Source of the DNA: a virus | Reading direction: 5' to 3' (one strand) | Length of the DNA: 64,000 nucleotides | Virus record (IMG/VR): IMGVR_UViG_3300045135_000745 | Location: 15,885-79,884 of that record | Part shown: positions 8,957 to 19,109 of the stretch, piece after piece | How the letters are laid out: the number at the start of each line of letters is the position of its first letter | Position numbering within the stretch: position 1 is the stretch's first letter | The notes under the pieces: model-generated | What the model was told of the DNA's origin: nothing | What the model saw: the letters and a program-made list of their open reading frames with translations, nothing else | Database searches by the model: none | Program-made: the position numbers and the translations under genes

Positions 8957-10696
8957 TTATACCGAACCCACGACTTCTTCGAAGTCCACACCCGTTCTAA
9001 CTGCGACAAAGTTAAGTGTCACGAAGTTAATTGAACGTGCGGGCTTGATGAAGATCGAGCATACGAATTCGTTTCTGTCTATAACTGCCGGGGTGTTGTT
9101 TGTTTCATCTGCAACAACACGGAAGTCGGTGATACCACGTCTACCTTGGATCTCTCTGAGGAAAGGTTCGACAATGTTCGTAAACTCTGCACGAGTGAAT
9201 TCATCGTTGAATTCGAAGAGTACGTTACGAGCCGCAATGGCAATTGCTCTTTCAAGAACCAGGAACAGACGGCGTACGTTAATACGATCGAATGCTGAAG
9301 GTCTTGCCATGTGAGTTTTATCACCGTAGAGCAAGATACCTTGTCCAGGAATATTTGCGATTGGGTTTACGCCATTCCTATAGAGAAGATCTCTTTCTGT
9401 TTTATTTGGGGAATAAAGTGTTTTAGTTACACCCAAATATACACCACGTCTTTGACCCGCTGGGGAATACCAAGCTGCAGTGTTATTGTCTGACGCTGCC
9501 ATAATACCTGCAGTTGAAGATGCTGCTGGGATGCTAATGTACTGGTCGTTGTACTTATCATATACTCTCAGGTAGTTGTTATCCACGAAGAGATAAGAAG
9601 AGTAAGTGAAAGTTTTAGCAGTAGTAATAACATCATTATTAACATCATTCGATGTTACGACGTCTGAACGTGCAGGTGAAGCTACAACAACACAGTCTTT
9701 ACGAGTACCTTGAGCAATAGAAACTAGGTCGTTAACGACTGTGGTTTGAGCTGCTCTAGAACCCATACCTGGAGCGATTAAGAAATCGACTTGGATATTA
9801 TCCTTGTCTTCGAATCTATCGAAACCAGTTGCGTATTCACCTTCATCAAATGCTGCGGAGTTAGCACCGCCTGCTAATGATAAGGTCTTAACTGCTGGTG
9901 TTGCAAGTTGATAATCTTTAGCATCTTCTACATCAGTACCAACGTTTGTATTCCAGTCAGAGTCTGTAAGATCACCAAAACCGGCAAGCCAAACGTAACG
10001 TGATCTGTTATTGATAACGTCCACGATATAGTTAGATGTGCCATCTGCGGATTTAGCATCTGATGCTACCGAAACGAATGGGAATGATTCAAGAATCGTC
10101 CCCTTTGTCCCGGTAAACGCGCCATCTTGGTCAATAACCACAACGTGAGCTTCATCGTTTGATGCGCCTCGGTCTGATGCGTACGTAGATGTAGTAGGCG
10201 CGCCGTCGAAGTTATCTTCGTATGTCCAACCTGTAAATGCTGGATCGTCTGCGCTGTCAACGGCTGTAAGCCATTGTACTTGTAGCGAGTTACCCAGTGT
10301 ACCTGGATATTTAGCGATGAATGTGTGTTCATCGGAATCCAATGCAGCTTGCTGGAAATCAAAAGATTCTTGCTTTTTGACTCTTGCTGCTGAAGCCGCT
10401 CTAGCGTCGTACCCGTTAAGACTTTCGCCCACGCCTTGGGTAGCTTCTCTAACCACGTAGAGTGAATTTGCATATCTTAAGAAATATGCTGCTGAGTGGA
10501 AGTCGATAGAATTTGTTTTGCTTGGGCTACCGAAAGTAGATACAAGACCCGCTTCGTCAGATACTAAAATTGGTTCATCGACTGGACCCCAATTAAAGTT
10601 ACCTACGAAAGCGCCGGTTGTTGAACCAACATTAGGAACAACACCAGTAAGGTCAATCTCTTTGACGGTAATTGCCGGAGATTCTGATACTGCCAT
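8957..10696 (-). CDS. gp18: Tail sheath protein
   Basis: SPAITVKEIDLT, FNWGP, WYSPAGQRRG, SAFDRINVRRLF, IKPARSINFVTLNFVAVRTGVDFEE. Confidence 0.98.
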   Translation of the reverse strand: MAVSESPAITVKEIDLTGVVPNVGSTTGAFVGNFNWGPVDEPILVSDEAGLVSTFGSPSKTNSIDFHSAAYFLRYANSLYVVREATQGVGESLNGYDARAASAARVKKQESFDFQQAALDSDEHTFIAKYPGTLGNSLQVQWLTAVDSADDPAFTGWTYEDNFDGAPTTSTYASDRGASNDEAHVVVIDQDGAFTGTKGTILESFPFVSVASDAKSADGTSNYIVDVINNRSRYVWLAGFGDLTDSDWNTNVGTDVEDAKDYQLATPAVKTLSLAGGANSAAFDEGEYATGFDRFEDKDNIQVDFLIAPGMGSRAAQTTVVNDLVSIAQGTRKDCVVVASPARSDVVTSNDVNNDVITTAKTFTYSSYLFVDNNYLRVYDKYNDQYISIPAASSTAGIMAASDNNTAAWYSPAGQRRGVYLGVTKTLYSPNKTERDLLYRNGVNPIANIPGQGILLYGDKTHMARPSAFDRINVRRLFLVLERAIAIAARNVLFEFNDEFTRAEFTNIVEPFLREIQGRRGITDFRVVADETNNTPAVIDRNEFVCSIFIKPARSINFVTLNFVAVRTGVDFEEVVGSV

Positions 10697-10757
10697 GACT
10701 CTTTCCCTTTGAGTTTGAATGATATGTTTTTCATGATACGATTATATTCATTACTTC

Positions 10758-10765
10758 TATTTATA
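10758..10765 (-). promoter_or_regulatory. Late promoter for gp18-gp19
   Basis: TATAAATA on the minus strand in the intergenic region. Confidence 0.75.
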
Positions 10766-10777
10766 AGAAATTATATT

Positions 10778-12394
10778 TTAGAAATGCTGATGGTCGTAGT
10801 CGATAGCCCAAGGCTTACCTCGGTCTTCTTCTTTCTGTAATTCATTAATTGCATCAGATCCATCATCAATGAATCCGAATGGTACCATATCATTTTCAAT
10901 CTGTGCCATCTTATCCTTGAACATCATTTCTTTTAAATTAATATCTGTCATATCACCAAACATTTCAGTAGTAGCAAAGTAACCAAACATAACTAAATTC
11001 ATTATCAAGTCGTCATGGTTACCATCTGACGCTTCATAGGATTGTCCTTTGGCAATAAAAGTAGAACACTCTAAGATGGTATTAGTATCGTGTATTTGAA
11101 GTTTTTCATTCTCAATAATATCTTTAATGCCAGAACACCCCAGACGCTTTACCTTACGGGTCATTTCAATACCTATACCGTCCGATTTAAGTGCAGATGA
11201 TACATGCATATTTTCATATTCTAATTCGTGATATAAGCCCCGGGTAACTAGCACACCCTGATCATTAGATTCAACAATCACATACGCTTGATTGTAAGAA
11301 GTTGCATACTTATAAATAATATCAGGGAAGAGTATTGGAGAGATAGAATTACATCGATAAACCGCGACTTGTTCAAACGGTCTACACGTTACATCGATCA
11401 CGTTAAAAGTAGAATAATCCTGTCCTCTTCCCTTACTTACATCTACACATACAATATATTCGTGGTCTTTCTGGGTCTCTTTATAGACTAGTAAGTGTCC
11501 GCCTTCAAGGATCTTAATAGGCTCGATTGATTTCATTCTCATAAGAGCTTCTGCGCCAATTAAGGTATCCCCAGTACCGAAAAACGTATTGCCAAATTCC
11601 TGGTCGAATTGAAGCTGTGATGTGTTGTTAATCGTTTCTATTTTCCAAGCTTCATCGCGACCGGGAACATCCCACCAATCCACTCTGAATGGTTTATAAG
11701 CATTGGTCCCCTGTAAAGCACCTTGCCAGATAGTATAGAATTGGTTACCGATACCATTGGCTGTTGAAGTAATAATAACCTTTGTATCTTTACCAGACGA
11801 AACAACGGGATAGGTTGATGTATAGAACTCTGTAGCATTTTCAACGAATGCAAATTCGTCGAGATATAGCAGGTTAACCGATTGGCCACGAATAGAGCTA
11901 CCAGATGTAGCAGCAGCAAAAATCTTAGAGTTATTACTAAACTCAATCGAACCTTTGTTGAGTGCCTTTGTTCCTGGCTGTAAGAAAAACGGTAAGTTTT
12001 CTAGCATCAAGGTAATACGTGAAAGCATTTCCCTCGCAGTTGCGCCTTTGTTTGCTAGAATAGCAATATTCTTTTCCGAATGGAAAATTGCATACCAAAG
12101 CAGATAAGCGACAGAGGAAATAGATTTACCGGACTGGCGACAAGCGAGAACGATAGAGAATCGATTATCATTGAAGTGCTGGAACATCTTCTCTTGATAA
12201 GGATATAGCTTAAAGTTAACTAGACCTTTATCAAGCGAGATAATCTTACAGTAAGTAACTGCAAAATATGCAGGATCGTTCATACACTTTTGGTATTCAA
12301 GGATAGTTTCTTGACTCCATCCTTGAACGATGCCATCACGTTTCACATTCGGATTACCTAAGTAACCCTCATTACCATTTACAATATTATTCAT
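10778..12394 (-). CDS. gp17: Terminase large subunit
   Basis: YLGNPNVKR, Walker A CRQSGKS, Walker B LLYLDEFAF, STANG, nuclease DVSKGRGQDYS and HDDL. Confidence 0.99.
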   Translation of the reverse strand: MNNIVNGNEGYLGNPNVKRDGIVQGWSQETILEYQKCMNDPAYFAVTYCKIISLDKGLVNFKLYPYQEKMFQHFNDNRFSIVLACRQSGKSISSVAYLLWYAIFHSEKNIAILANKGATAREMLSRITLMLENLPFFLQPGTKALNKGSIEFSNNSKIFAAATSGSSIRGQSVNLLYLDEFAFVENATEFYTSTYPVVSSGKDTKVIITSTANGIGNQFYTIWQGALQGTNAYKPFRVDWWDVPGRDEAWKIETINNTSQLQFDQEFGNTFFGTGDTLIGAEALMRMKSIEPIKILEGGHLLVYKETQKDHEYIVCVDVSKGRGQDYSTFNVIDVTCRPFEQVAVYRCNSISPILFPDIIYKYATSYNQAYVIVESNDQGVLVTRGLYHELEYENMHVSSALKSDGIGIEMTRKVKRLGCSGIKDIIENEKLQIHDTNTILECSTFIAKGQSYEASDGNHDDLIMNLVMFGYFATTEMFGDMTDINLKEMMFKDKMAQIENDMVPFGFIDDGSDAINELQKEEDRGKPWAIDYDHQHF

Positions 12395-12758
12395 CTTTTA
12401 ATCGTGGTGTAATATCCACCACGTTATTCTCCACCTGTTTAGCATTTGCATCTTGAAGCATACGCTGTAAATCTGTTGTTGAGCCAATATAAACATTATT
12501 AGTAGTTTGCCCGGCGGGTAACTGGGGTTGTTCCTTAACGTTAATATCTTTATGCTTCTTATTCAGATCCATAAGCTTATCGTTAACATCGGCGACGTTT
12601 TTAATAAGCCCAGACAATACTTCGAATGCACGCGGGTGCTCGCTTTCGCGTGCGACCTCAATCATATCTTCTAGAGCATTTCGACCTTTGTTAATTAGAT
12701 CGAATAAAGTGTCTCTCGAGTATTCATAGTCATTTTTAATTCTATCAGAATCAGACAT
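12387..12758 (-). CDS. gp16: Terminase small subunit (likely start ATG 12758)
   Basis: DYEYSRDTL...ESEHPRAFEV...TTNNVYIGSTTDLQRML. Confidence 0.93.
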   Translation of the reverse strand: MSDSDRIKNDYEYSRDTLFDLINKGRNALEDMIEVARESEHPRAFEVLSGLIKNVADVNDKLMDLNKKHKDINVKEQPQLPAGQTTNNVYIGSTTDLQRMLQDANAKQVENNVVDITPRLKDE

Positions 12759-13605
12759 AATTTGGCCATCCAGATTTATCACTATCACCATCCTCCATAC
12801 TATATATTGACGTGGTAAATCCATAGTCGCTATCGGGTGATGCATCTAATGGATTAGGTTCTACCACAATTCTAGATGAAGGGCTATAAAGGGCAAAGGC
12901 CCCATCAGAGTCAATCGTATCGTGCAGTAAAGTACCATCCGAATCCCGGGCAGCATTCGACGTATAAAGATCCACAATAGATTTTCTAATAATCGCCGTT
13001 TCAGTAATCGGACCGTAGAAGTTAGCCGTCATGGAAAAATCTAAAACGTATTGTATAATACGCCTTTGATCCAAAGACCCCTCATATGCATCCGAGTAAC
13101 TAATGCCATTAAGTGTAATGGGAACATCTTCTTTAATATCACTATAATCGGCAAAAGGCTTAATAGTCAAAGTATATTGTGGTGCAAAGTTCGGAAGGAT
13201 CTGTTCTATAATCTGCAGAGCATCGTCCTGGGTCTTTGCATATACGTTTAACTGGAACCCAATAATATATGGTGTAAATGTGTAAATTTTATTACGAGTA
13301 TTACCACTACCTTTGTTAAGGTTGTTAACTTTTTGCAACTGTCGTTGCGAGTCATACTGATAGGAAGTAATTTCAAAAGACATACGAGGTAACTTAATAG
13401 CTACTTTTGTGTCATTCTGTAGATCTGGATTCTCACGAATACGATCTAAGAAGCTAGTGCTTGGTGCATACGACAGCGGTACACGAGCTTGACTAATAAC
13501 TTTGTTTGTATTATCTGTGCGAACTACGTAGATGTTATTAAAGAGTGAGCCAAACATAGCCACGCTTTTGCGGATTCTTTCGTGATAAAAATGGCTGCCT
13601 AACAT
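12751..13605 (-). CDS. gp15: Tail sheath stabiliser / completion protein
   Basis: HFYHERIRKSVAMFGSLFNNI, VPLSYAP, LPRMSFEI, DDALQIIEQILPNFAP. Confidence 0.95.
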   Translation of the reverse strand: MLGSHFYHERIRKSVAMFGSLFNNIYVVRTDNTNKVISQARVPLSYAPSTSFLDRIRENPDLQNDTKVAIKLPRMSFEITSYQYDSQRQLQKVNNLNKGSGNTRNKIYTFTPYIIGFQLNVYAKTQDDALQIIEQILPNFAPQYTLTIKPFADYSDIKEDVPITLNGISYSDAYEGSLDQRRIIQYVLDFSMTANFYGPITETAIIRKSIVDLYTSNAARDSDGTLLHDTIDSDGAFALYSPSSRIVVEPNPLDASPDSDYGFTTSIYSMEDGDSDKSGWPNYV

Positions 13606-14522
13606 TACTGTGGATCTCCAAACGGATTGCTTTCACTGAAGTCTAAGAAACCCATGTCTGTGTCAGTGGTATCAAAGAAGTCATTCTTTTCGTTTTCTGC
13701 TAATTGATTCACTTCAGACACCGCCGTGGCAGAAGCGATAGAAAGAAGAGGGTCTACAATAGATCCTGATGAATCTTTATCTTCAGTACCGATGATCTGT
13801 CTACCGGTTACAAACGTATGATAGTTACCGTCATCTGCACCCACATGAATAAGGTGCAAGATATTATCTGAATCAGAGAACGCTGCAACTTCGCCTGATA
13901 CGATTGTTCCAGTTGACAGTGTCTGATTGACAGTCTCACCGATCGACCATCCAAACGAAGCGCTATCAAGTGTGACGAGATACTTGTAAGCATAGTCACG
14001 TTCAACCGTATCAATAGCATCTACACCGGTATCAAGATTTTCACCGCTGTACTCAAAGAGTTCACAACGTAACTTATAAGTAGGTAGGTTACTGAGCTGA
14101 TAGAAAGGTTGTTCGTGCTCTACAGCCATAATCTGGAACATAGAATTTGATAGTGGCAGATAAATTACGTCGCCCTCAAGCGGTCTAATTGCCTGAATCT
14201 CGTTGTCGTACCTTGCCACAGTTTGTGACCAGCGCTTGCGAGCTACAATGAAAGTAGCTTGGTCACGAATCTCTACCCCAAACTTAGTGAAAAGATCTCC
14301 TTCACCGTCAAAACCTTCCGTGTTCTCTATGTACATCTCTACTTTATAAGAAGAGTTGAAGCTTGATTGGATATCTTCACCGAGGATTTTATCTTCAGTT
14401 ACTAAATCTCTTGGCAGATAATAAACGTCTTGACCATAGATCTTAAGAGATTCTATGATAATATCTTCGTATAGATTTTGTTCTGATTTAACCTTTTGGC
14501 TAAAGTAGTGGTTAGTTGCCAT
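13605..14522 (-). CDS. gp14: Neck protein
   Basis: EQNLYEDIIIESLKIYGQDVYYLPR, LFTKFGVEIRD, RPLEGDVIYLP, DFSESNPFG. Confidence 0.96.
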   Translation of the reverse strand: MATNHYFSQKVKSEQNLYEDIIIESLKIYGQDVYYLPRDLVTEDKILGEDIQSSFNSSYKVEMYIENTEGFDGEGDLFTKFGVEIRDQATFIVARKRWSQTVARYDNEIQAIRPLEGDVIYLPLSNSMFQIMAVEHEQPFYQLSNLPTYKLRCELFEYSGENLDTGVDAIDTVERDYAYKYLVTLDSASFGWSIGETVNQTLSTGTIVSGEVAAFSDSDNILHLIHVGADDGNYHTFVTGRQIIGTEDKDSSGSIVDPLLSIASATAVSEVNQLAENEKNDFFDTTDTDMGFLDFSESNPFGDPQ

Positions 14523-14526
14523 TTTC

Positions 14527-15282
14527 TTATCCTACGAAGAAGTCTGCGGGCATCTCAAAGTCCATGCGAATCTTTTCTCTTAGACGCTCAATCTCTTGTA
14601 GTGCGTCTTCGAAGATCTGTCTACCGTTAAGTGTCACACCACCAGGCATCTGCATTCCTTCAAACTTAATTAGGTTTGCACCCCATTGGTGTTTAATTAA
14701 GGCGGTGGTATATTCTTTTAACCACATATCATTCCATACTTTAGAGTGTGCACTAGAATCTACAGTCTTAAATGCTTCATATACAATATAATCTCCCGCC
14801 TCTACGTCTTTATCATTAAAGTCGCCATGAAGATATAATCGGTTCATTTTACGGGAATAGGTAGTCTGTGGTTCTCCATTAAGCTTCATATCCAGAAGTG
14901 AAAGGTATTGGTTAAGCTGCTCATAGTACGCCAAGTCACCCGAAAAGTTTTGCATATCTGCAATATCATTTAACATCATCTGATATTTAATATCAAAGAA
15001 GTTAAATGAAGTATTAAAACTCGATGAAATACGGAACATCCTACTTACGTAGATCACATCATTTGGAACAGTGACATATTCATTCGATACGTCACTGTCA
15101 CCTACAAGCTGTGATACATATGTTCTATATGTTGCATCACTATGAAACTCTTGCCAGTACTGTAGGGCTTCATCGACACGGTCCTCTAGTTGATCAATAT
15201 CCACATTGATCTCGATAACCGGATCACCAAGTCTTCTTAAACAGTAATCAATGAGACCTTGTCTGCTAGATGGATTCGCCAT
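14527..15282 (-). CDS. gp13: Neck protein
   Basis: LIDYCLRRLGDPVIEINVD, WLKEYTTALIKHQWGANLIKF, PGGVTLNG. Confidence 0.97.
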   Translation of the reverse strand: MANPSSRQGLIDYCLRRLGDPVIEINVDIDQLEDRVDEALQYWQEFHSDATYRTYVSQLVGDSDVSNEYVTVPNDVIYVSRMFRISSSFNTSFNFFDIKYQMMLNDIADMQNFSGDLAYYEQLNQYLSLLDMKLNGEPQTTYSRKMNRLYLHGDFNDKDVEAGDYIVYEAFKTVDSSAHSKVWNDMWLKEYTTALIKHQWGANLIKFEGMQMPGGVTLNGRQIFEDALQEIERLREKIRMDFEMPADFFVG

Positions 15283-15303
15283 GGTTTGTTTCCTATTTTA
15301 TAC

Positions 15304-15311
15304 TATTTATA
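15304..15311 (-). promoter_or_regulatory. Late promoter for gp13-gp17
   Basis: TATAAATA on the minus strand about 22 nt upstream of gp13. Confidence 0.75.
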
Positions 15312-15312
15312 T

Positions 15313-15768
15313 TTATACCGGTTTAGTTGGCCAGTTAACAGTAGTGGGAAATCCTTCTTGCTGCGGTACATCTCGAAGCGCTTGACAATAATCAATCCAT
15401 TCTTGGGATGGATTCATATCACTTCTAAATCTCCAATCAGTTTCAGCTAAAAAAGCATCCCGCTGACCTCTGACAGCTTCCCCGGCAGCTTCGTTTCTTA
15501 TAACTAATTCTTCTGCTGAAAGATCTGTTACGGTCCAACCTAGTTCCCATACCTCATCATTTAATGTAGGTAAATCATTTTCTTTTATTTTTTGAGTATT
15601 AGGATTATAAGAAGGTTGGTTTAATATTGTAACCGGAAATACGTTAAATTCAGCTAATGCTTCATTAGTAGGTTCCGGGGGAAATGAGGTATTAGGATAA
15701 TCTGCTTTAAGATCTTTCAATGTATAAGGATATACAGTTTCTTCAGCAGTATGTTTTACATAAGTCAT
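15313..15768 (-). CDS. Tail fibre assembly chaperone
   Basis: C-terminal RGQRDAFLAETDW...WIDYCQALRDVPQQEGFP...WPTKP, typical of phage tail assembly chaperone domains. Confidence 0.85.
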   Translation of the reverse strand: MTYVKHTAEETVYPYTLKDLKADYPNTSFPPEPTNEALAEFNVFPVTILNQPSYNPNTQKIKENDLPTLNDEVWELGWTVTDLSAEELVIRNEAAGEAVRGQRDAFLAETDWRFRSDMNPSQEWIDYCQALRDVPQQEGFPTTVNWPTKPV

Positions 15769-15783
15769 TTGTGTCCCTATCGA

Positions 15784-16431
15784 TTAAAAGGATAAAGTTA
15801 TAATATTCCATGCGTTTGCTTCATTAAATAATACACTTGCAGATGTAACTGTATAGTTACCCGTATAACCAGTATTCTCTGTATTTAATGTTGCAGCGCA
15901 ATGTATATAATTTAAATCTAAATTAAAATCTTGATAGCTTAAATTCATATTTGAAGTTCGTGCCTGATAAGCGCCTTGTCCAGCCATTACTATATGAGGT
16001 AATGTGGAATTTACTGGGATAGTAGTAGAAAATGTTTGAGTGCTATTTCCGGTATAAACATTTGTAACCCCAGTAACTTTTTTATTAAATCTATACAATG
16101 CATTACATTGTCTTCGGTCAAAATTACCTGAGCCTATAGCATTAAAAGCTTGTGCTTCTGTACCATTACAAATTCTATATCCAAGTTTAATGGTTTCTAT
16201 ATAAGAACCGCTCCAAGGACTACCTGTACGAGCATTTATCTGTGTGATACCAGATGCAAATGTGCAGTTAAACGCATAACCACCTATAAAAGAGATTAAT
16301 AAATCCCCATCTTGTGGGGCTTCAGATAATGTGGGTGCAGTAGAAGTTCCTATAACTGCACTTACAAGACTACCAGTTATAGCGCCACCACCAACACCCC
16401 CGGCGCCTGCAGCTTTTTTATATAAAAACAT
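15784..16431 (-). CDS. Putative fibre tip / receptor-binding protein
   Basis: G/T/S/N-rich beta-type protein between fibre genes and the chaperone. Confidence 0.55.
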   Translation of the reverse strand: MFLYKKAAGAGGVGGGAITGSLVSAVIGTSTAPTLSEAPQDGDLLISFIGGYAFNCTFASGITQINARTGSPWSGSYIETIKLGYRICNGTEAQAFNAIGSGNFDRRQCNALYRFNKKVTGVTNVYTGNSTQTFSTTIPVNSTLPHIVMAGQGAYQARTSNMNLSYQDFNLDLNYIHCAATLNTENTGYTGNYTVTSASVLFNEANAWNIITLSF

Positions 16432-16904
16432 TATCCATTTCCTACTAATACACCATAATAGGTATTATCCATTTTCCACATCGATATAGCAGTATATCCA
16501 GTCGCAGCCATATCAGGAGCTGTTCCACCATTATTTAACCAAGTCATAGTTGGCCAAGTTACGGTATATGCACCCGCATTTAGTAGCAATAATATCGACT
16601 GCCCATTATCCCATAATAAAGGCGAAATCGTAGTGTTAGCATTCAAGGTATATCGGTGTATCCCTCCTTGATCGGGGTTAACTGAGAGTGTTCCTCCCCA
16701 TGTGAATCCAAATACTGTTTCAGTTAAATAAGTAACAGTATCACCGCTGCTGAGGATTCCTGCGGGTAAATGATCGGCGATGTTTGCAGTCGTTACAGCA
16801 CTAGTAGGTAAGCTATTCGCAATATTTTCAGTGGTAATAATTGATTGAGGCAAAATTGCCGTAGAAAAAGTTTGACTAAATCTATCTGATAATCTTCGTG
16901 GCAT
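16431..16904 (-). CDS. Putative fibre-associated virion protein
   Basis: C-terminal GQSILLLL...YTVTWP..TW..GG.AP module common in phage fibre proteins. Confidence 0.55.
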   Translation of the reverse strand: MPRRLSDRFSQTFSTAILPQSIITTENIANSLPTSAVTTANIADHLPAGILSSGDTVTYLTETVFGFTWGGTLSVNPDQGGIHRYTLNANTTISPLLWDNGQSILLLLNAGAYTVTWPTMTWLNNGGTAPDMAATGYTAISMWKMDNTYYGVLVGNG

Positions 16905-16914
16905 ATTCTACCCC

Positions 16915-18372
16915 TTATGCGCTATAGATCGTTTTTAGTGCGGTACCGCTTGAATTGTAAATTATTAAACTGTCGTTGCTATGTACAATACCAGGATTTG
17001 AGTATACTTGCCATGTAGTACCATCGTATATGAATTGAACTTGTGCACCAGAAATGTCTAAAAGATAATCATCAGCAACCGATTCGATAGTTTGTCCATT
17101 TCTTGCTACTGTCAAATTATTTGATGCCCAACTTCCGCCATCTCCCACAATAACCTGATCACCAGTACTTGGTGTGGCTGGAAGAGTTAATGTCCATGCA
17201 CCACCAGTAGTATCTGCAATAATACCTTCACCGGCAGCAGCAGTATATGTTGTAGTTTTTTTGGTAAAAGTAATACCGCCACCACCACCACCACCAGAGC
17301 CCCAACTAAATGAACCATCACCGTCAGAAAGAAGTGCTTGACCTGCTGTACCATTACCCGAAACATTTAGTTCATTAGCACCAACTACATTAGCCGCAAT
17401 CTGAGCATTAATAGAGGTAGTACCAGAACCAGTTAAATCACCAGATAATGTAATTGTCTGGTTTCCGGTCAAATATGATCCTGCTGGTTGAATTCCTGCT
17501 TCAGCTAATGTATTATTAACCCAAGCGCTTCCATTCCATTTTAAAATTTCACCAGACGTATTGCTTGTAATAGTAGTATTCGATAAACCGTCTAATGTGT
17601 GGTTATGAGATGTTTGAGAGAAAGAGCTTGCCTGAATACCATCCAATGTATCGGCATCAAGACCTGAACCTGAACCATCTACCGTTTTTATAAGTGTTAG
17701 GATTTCAGAAGCTGTTTGATCGCCAGTTGCCCCGGCTTCGATACCTGCAAGCTTAGAAGCTTCAGTCGATGTATATCCCTGATAGCCGGTAGCATAGGTA
17801 ATTGCTAATGTGCCGCTAGTTGTAACAGGACTTCCTGATATTGCAAACCCGGTTGGAACAGTTGCCGAGACGGAGGTAACCGTGCCTGTATTTGTTGTAT
17901 AACCACTAGGATTTGTTGCAAGATAAAAAGCGGTTGCATGATTTCCATCAAGCAAGTCAGCATCAAGACCAGAAGCAGCACCATCAACAGTTTTGATCGC
18001 AGTAAGGATTTCTGAGGCAGTCTGATCGGCAGTAGCACCTGCTTCAATACCCGCTAATTTAGAAGCTTCAGTGGATGTATATCCCTGATAGCCTGCTGAA
18101 TATGTAATAGAAAAAGTACCGCTTGTAGTAATCGGGCTTCCTGATATTGCAAAGCCAGTCGGAACAGTAGTTGCTACTGATGTAACTGTACCGGTATTTG
18201 TTGTATAACCCGCGCCGTTTGTTAATTGATTATTGTTTGTCGGAATTGTAGGGGTATTAGTAAAGTTATTATAATCTAAGTAGTATGAAGAAGCTTGCCC
18301 ATTAAGCTTCACGGCACCAGTAGAATCTATGTAATTATTAATTTGGGATAAGTCAAAAGATCTTGAACTCAT
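16915..18372 (-). CDS. Tail fibre-like protein with internal duplication
   Basis: SGLDADLLDG fibre repeats, GEILKWNGSAWVN, C-terminal DTTGGAWTLTLPATPSTGD domain. Confidence 0.8.
   Translation of the reverse strand: MSSRSFDLSQINNYIDSTGAVKLNGQASSYYLDYNNFTNTPTIPTNNNQLTNGAGYTTNTGTVTSVATTVPTGFAISGSPITTSGTFSITYSAGYQGYTSTEASKLAGIEAGATADQTASEILTAIKTVDGAASGLDADLLDGNHATAFYLATNPSGYTTNTGTVTSVSATVPTGFAISGSPVTTSGTLAITYATGYQGYTSTEASKLAGIEAGATGDQTASEILTLIKTVDGSGSGLDADTLDGIQASSFSQTSHNHTLDGLSNTTITSNTSGEILKWNGSAWVNNTLAEAGIQPAGSYLTGNQTITLSGDLTGSGTTSINAQIAANVVGANELNVSGNGTAGQALLSDGDGSFSWGSGGGGGGGITFTKKTTTYTAAAGEGIIADTTGGAWTLTLPATPSTGDQVIVGDGGSWASNNLTVARNGQTIESVADDYLLDISGAQVQFIYDGTTWQVYSNPGIVHSNDSLIIYNSSGTALKTIYSA
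17638..18210 (-). repeat. Two diverged tandem copies, period 306 nt (102 aa), in the fibre gene
   Basis: GYTTNTGTVTSV...KLAGIEAGAT.DQTASEILT.IKTVDG..SGLDAD.LDG occurs twice. Confidence 0.9.
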
Positions 18373-18382
18373 TTTCTATACC

Positions 18383-19036
18383 TTATGTTGTCGGGCTGTA
18401 CATAGTTTTTAAAGCTGTACCACTAGAATTATAAATCGTTAAAGTTTGAACCCCAGCAAAATTAGAACTAGTAATATCATTATAAGTTGCAACATTAAAT
18501 GTTGTAAATGCTATAACTTGTAAGTCATCTCCAGCAGTTGCGCCACTATTTAAAACAATACTAGTTCCGTTTGATGCTGTATAATCATCCCCAGGTCTTA
18601 AAACAATACCGTTTAAAGAAACTATAATACTACCAACGGTATAACTTAACGTAGCGGCATTATCATCAGCCCCGGTAAAAGTAGTTTGTCCCCCGGTAGC
18701 AGTATATTCATATATTGTTAATGTCTGACTTGCTGCGTCAGCAAATGATAAATTACCAGCACCGTCAGTTTTTATAACTTGACCGTTAGAACCATCTGAG
18801 GTGGGTAATGTAAATGTATTAACGAATGAGGTAAGATTTGCATCATATGCTTGAATAGTAGACCCAATCTTATTATCAATAAGATCTGAATCTACAAAAT
18901 TCTTAATTATGTTTGAGGAATTTTTATAGTAAAGTCTACCATCAGCATAGTTGAGGGCAACTTCGCCATATTCTAGATCACCAGTTCCTGGTGCATTACT
19001 AGATACAGATGATTTTTTAAGTAGGACTTTTGCCAT
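18383..19036 (-). CDS. Fibre / virion structural protein
   Basis: N-terminal LLKKSS...GEVALNYADGRLYYK anchor module, TLPTSDGSNGQVIKTDGAGNLSF linker, YTATGGQTTF...LNG..L...DYTA.NG domain. Confidence 0.75.
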   Translation of the reverse strand: MAKVLLKKSSVSSNAPGTGDLEYGEVALNYADGRLYYKNSSNIIKNFVDSDLIDNKIGSTIQAYDANLTSFVNTFTLPTSDGSNGQVIKTDGAGNLSFADAASQTLTIYEYTATGGQTTFTGADDNAATLSYTVGSIIVSLNGIVLRPGDDYTASNGTSIVLNSGATAGDDLQVIAFTTFNVATYNDITSSNFAGVQTLTIYNSSGTALKTMYSPTT

Positions 19037-19100
19037 AGTAATTCCTTAAAAAAGGGTTTAGTTTAGAGTCTGGAATATAAAAATATCCCAGACTTTCAGT

Positions 19101-19108
19101 TATTTATA
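19101..19108 (-). promoter_or_regulatory. Late promoter
   Basis: TATAAATA on the minus strand between the 19110 and 18383 genes. Confidence 0.7.
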
Positions 19109-19109
19109 A

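Noticed and set aside
12759-12845. Extended N-terminus of gp16 in the ORF track
   Set aside because: Overlaps the gp15 C-terminus; ATG 12758 gives the usual 8-nt overlap.
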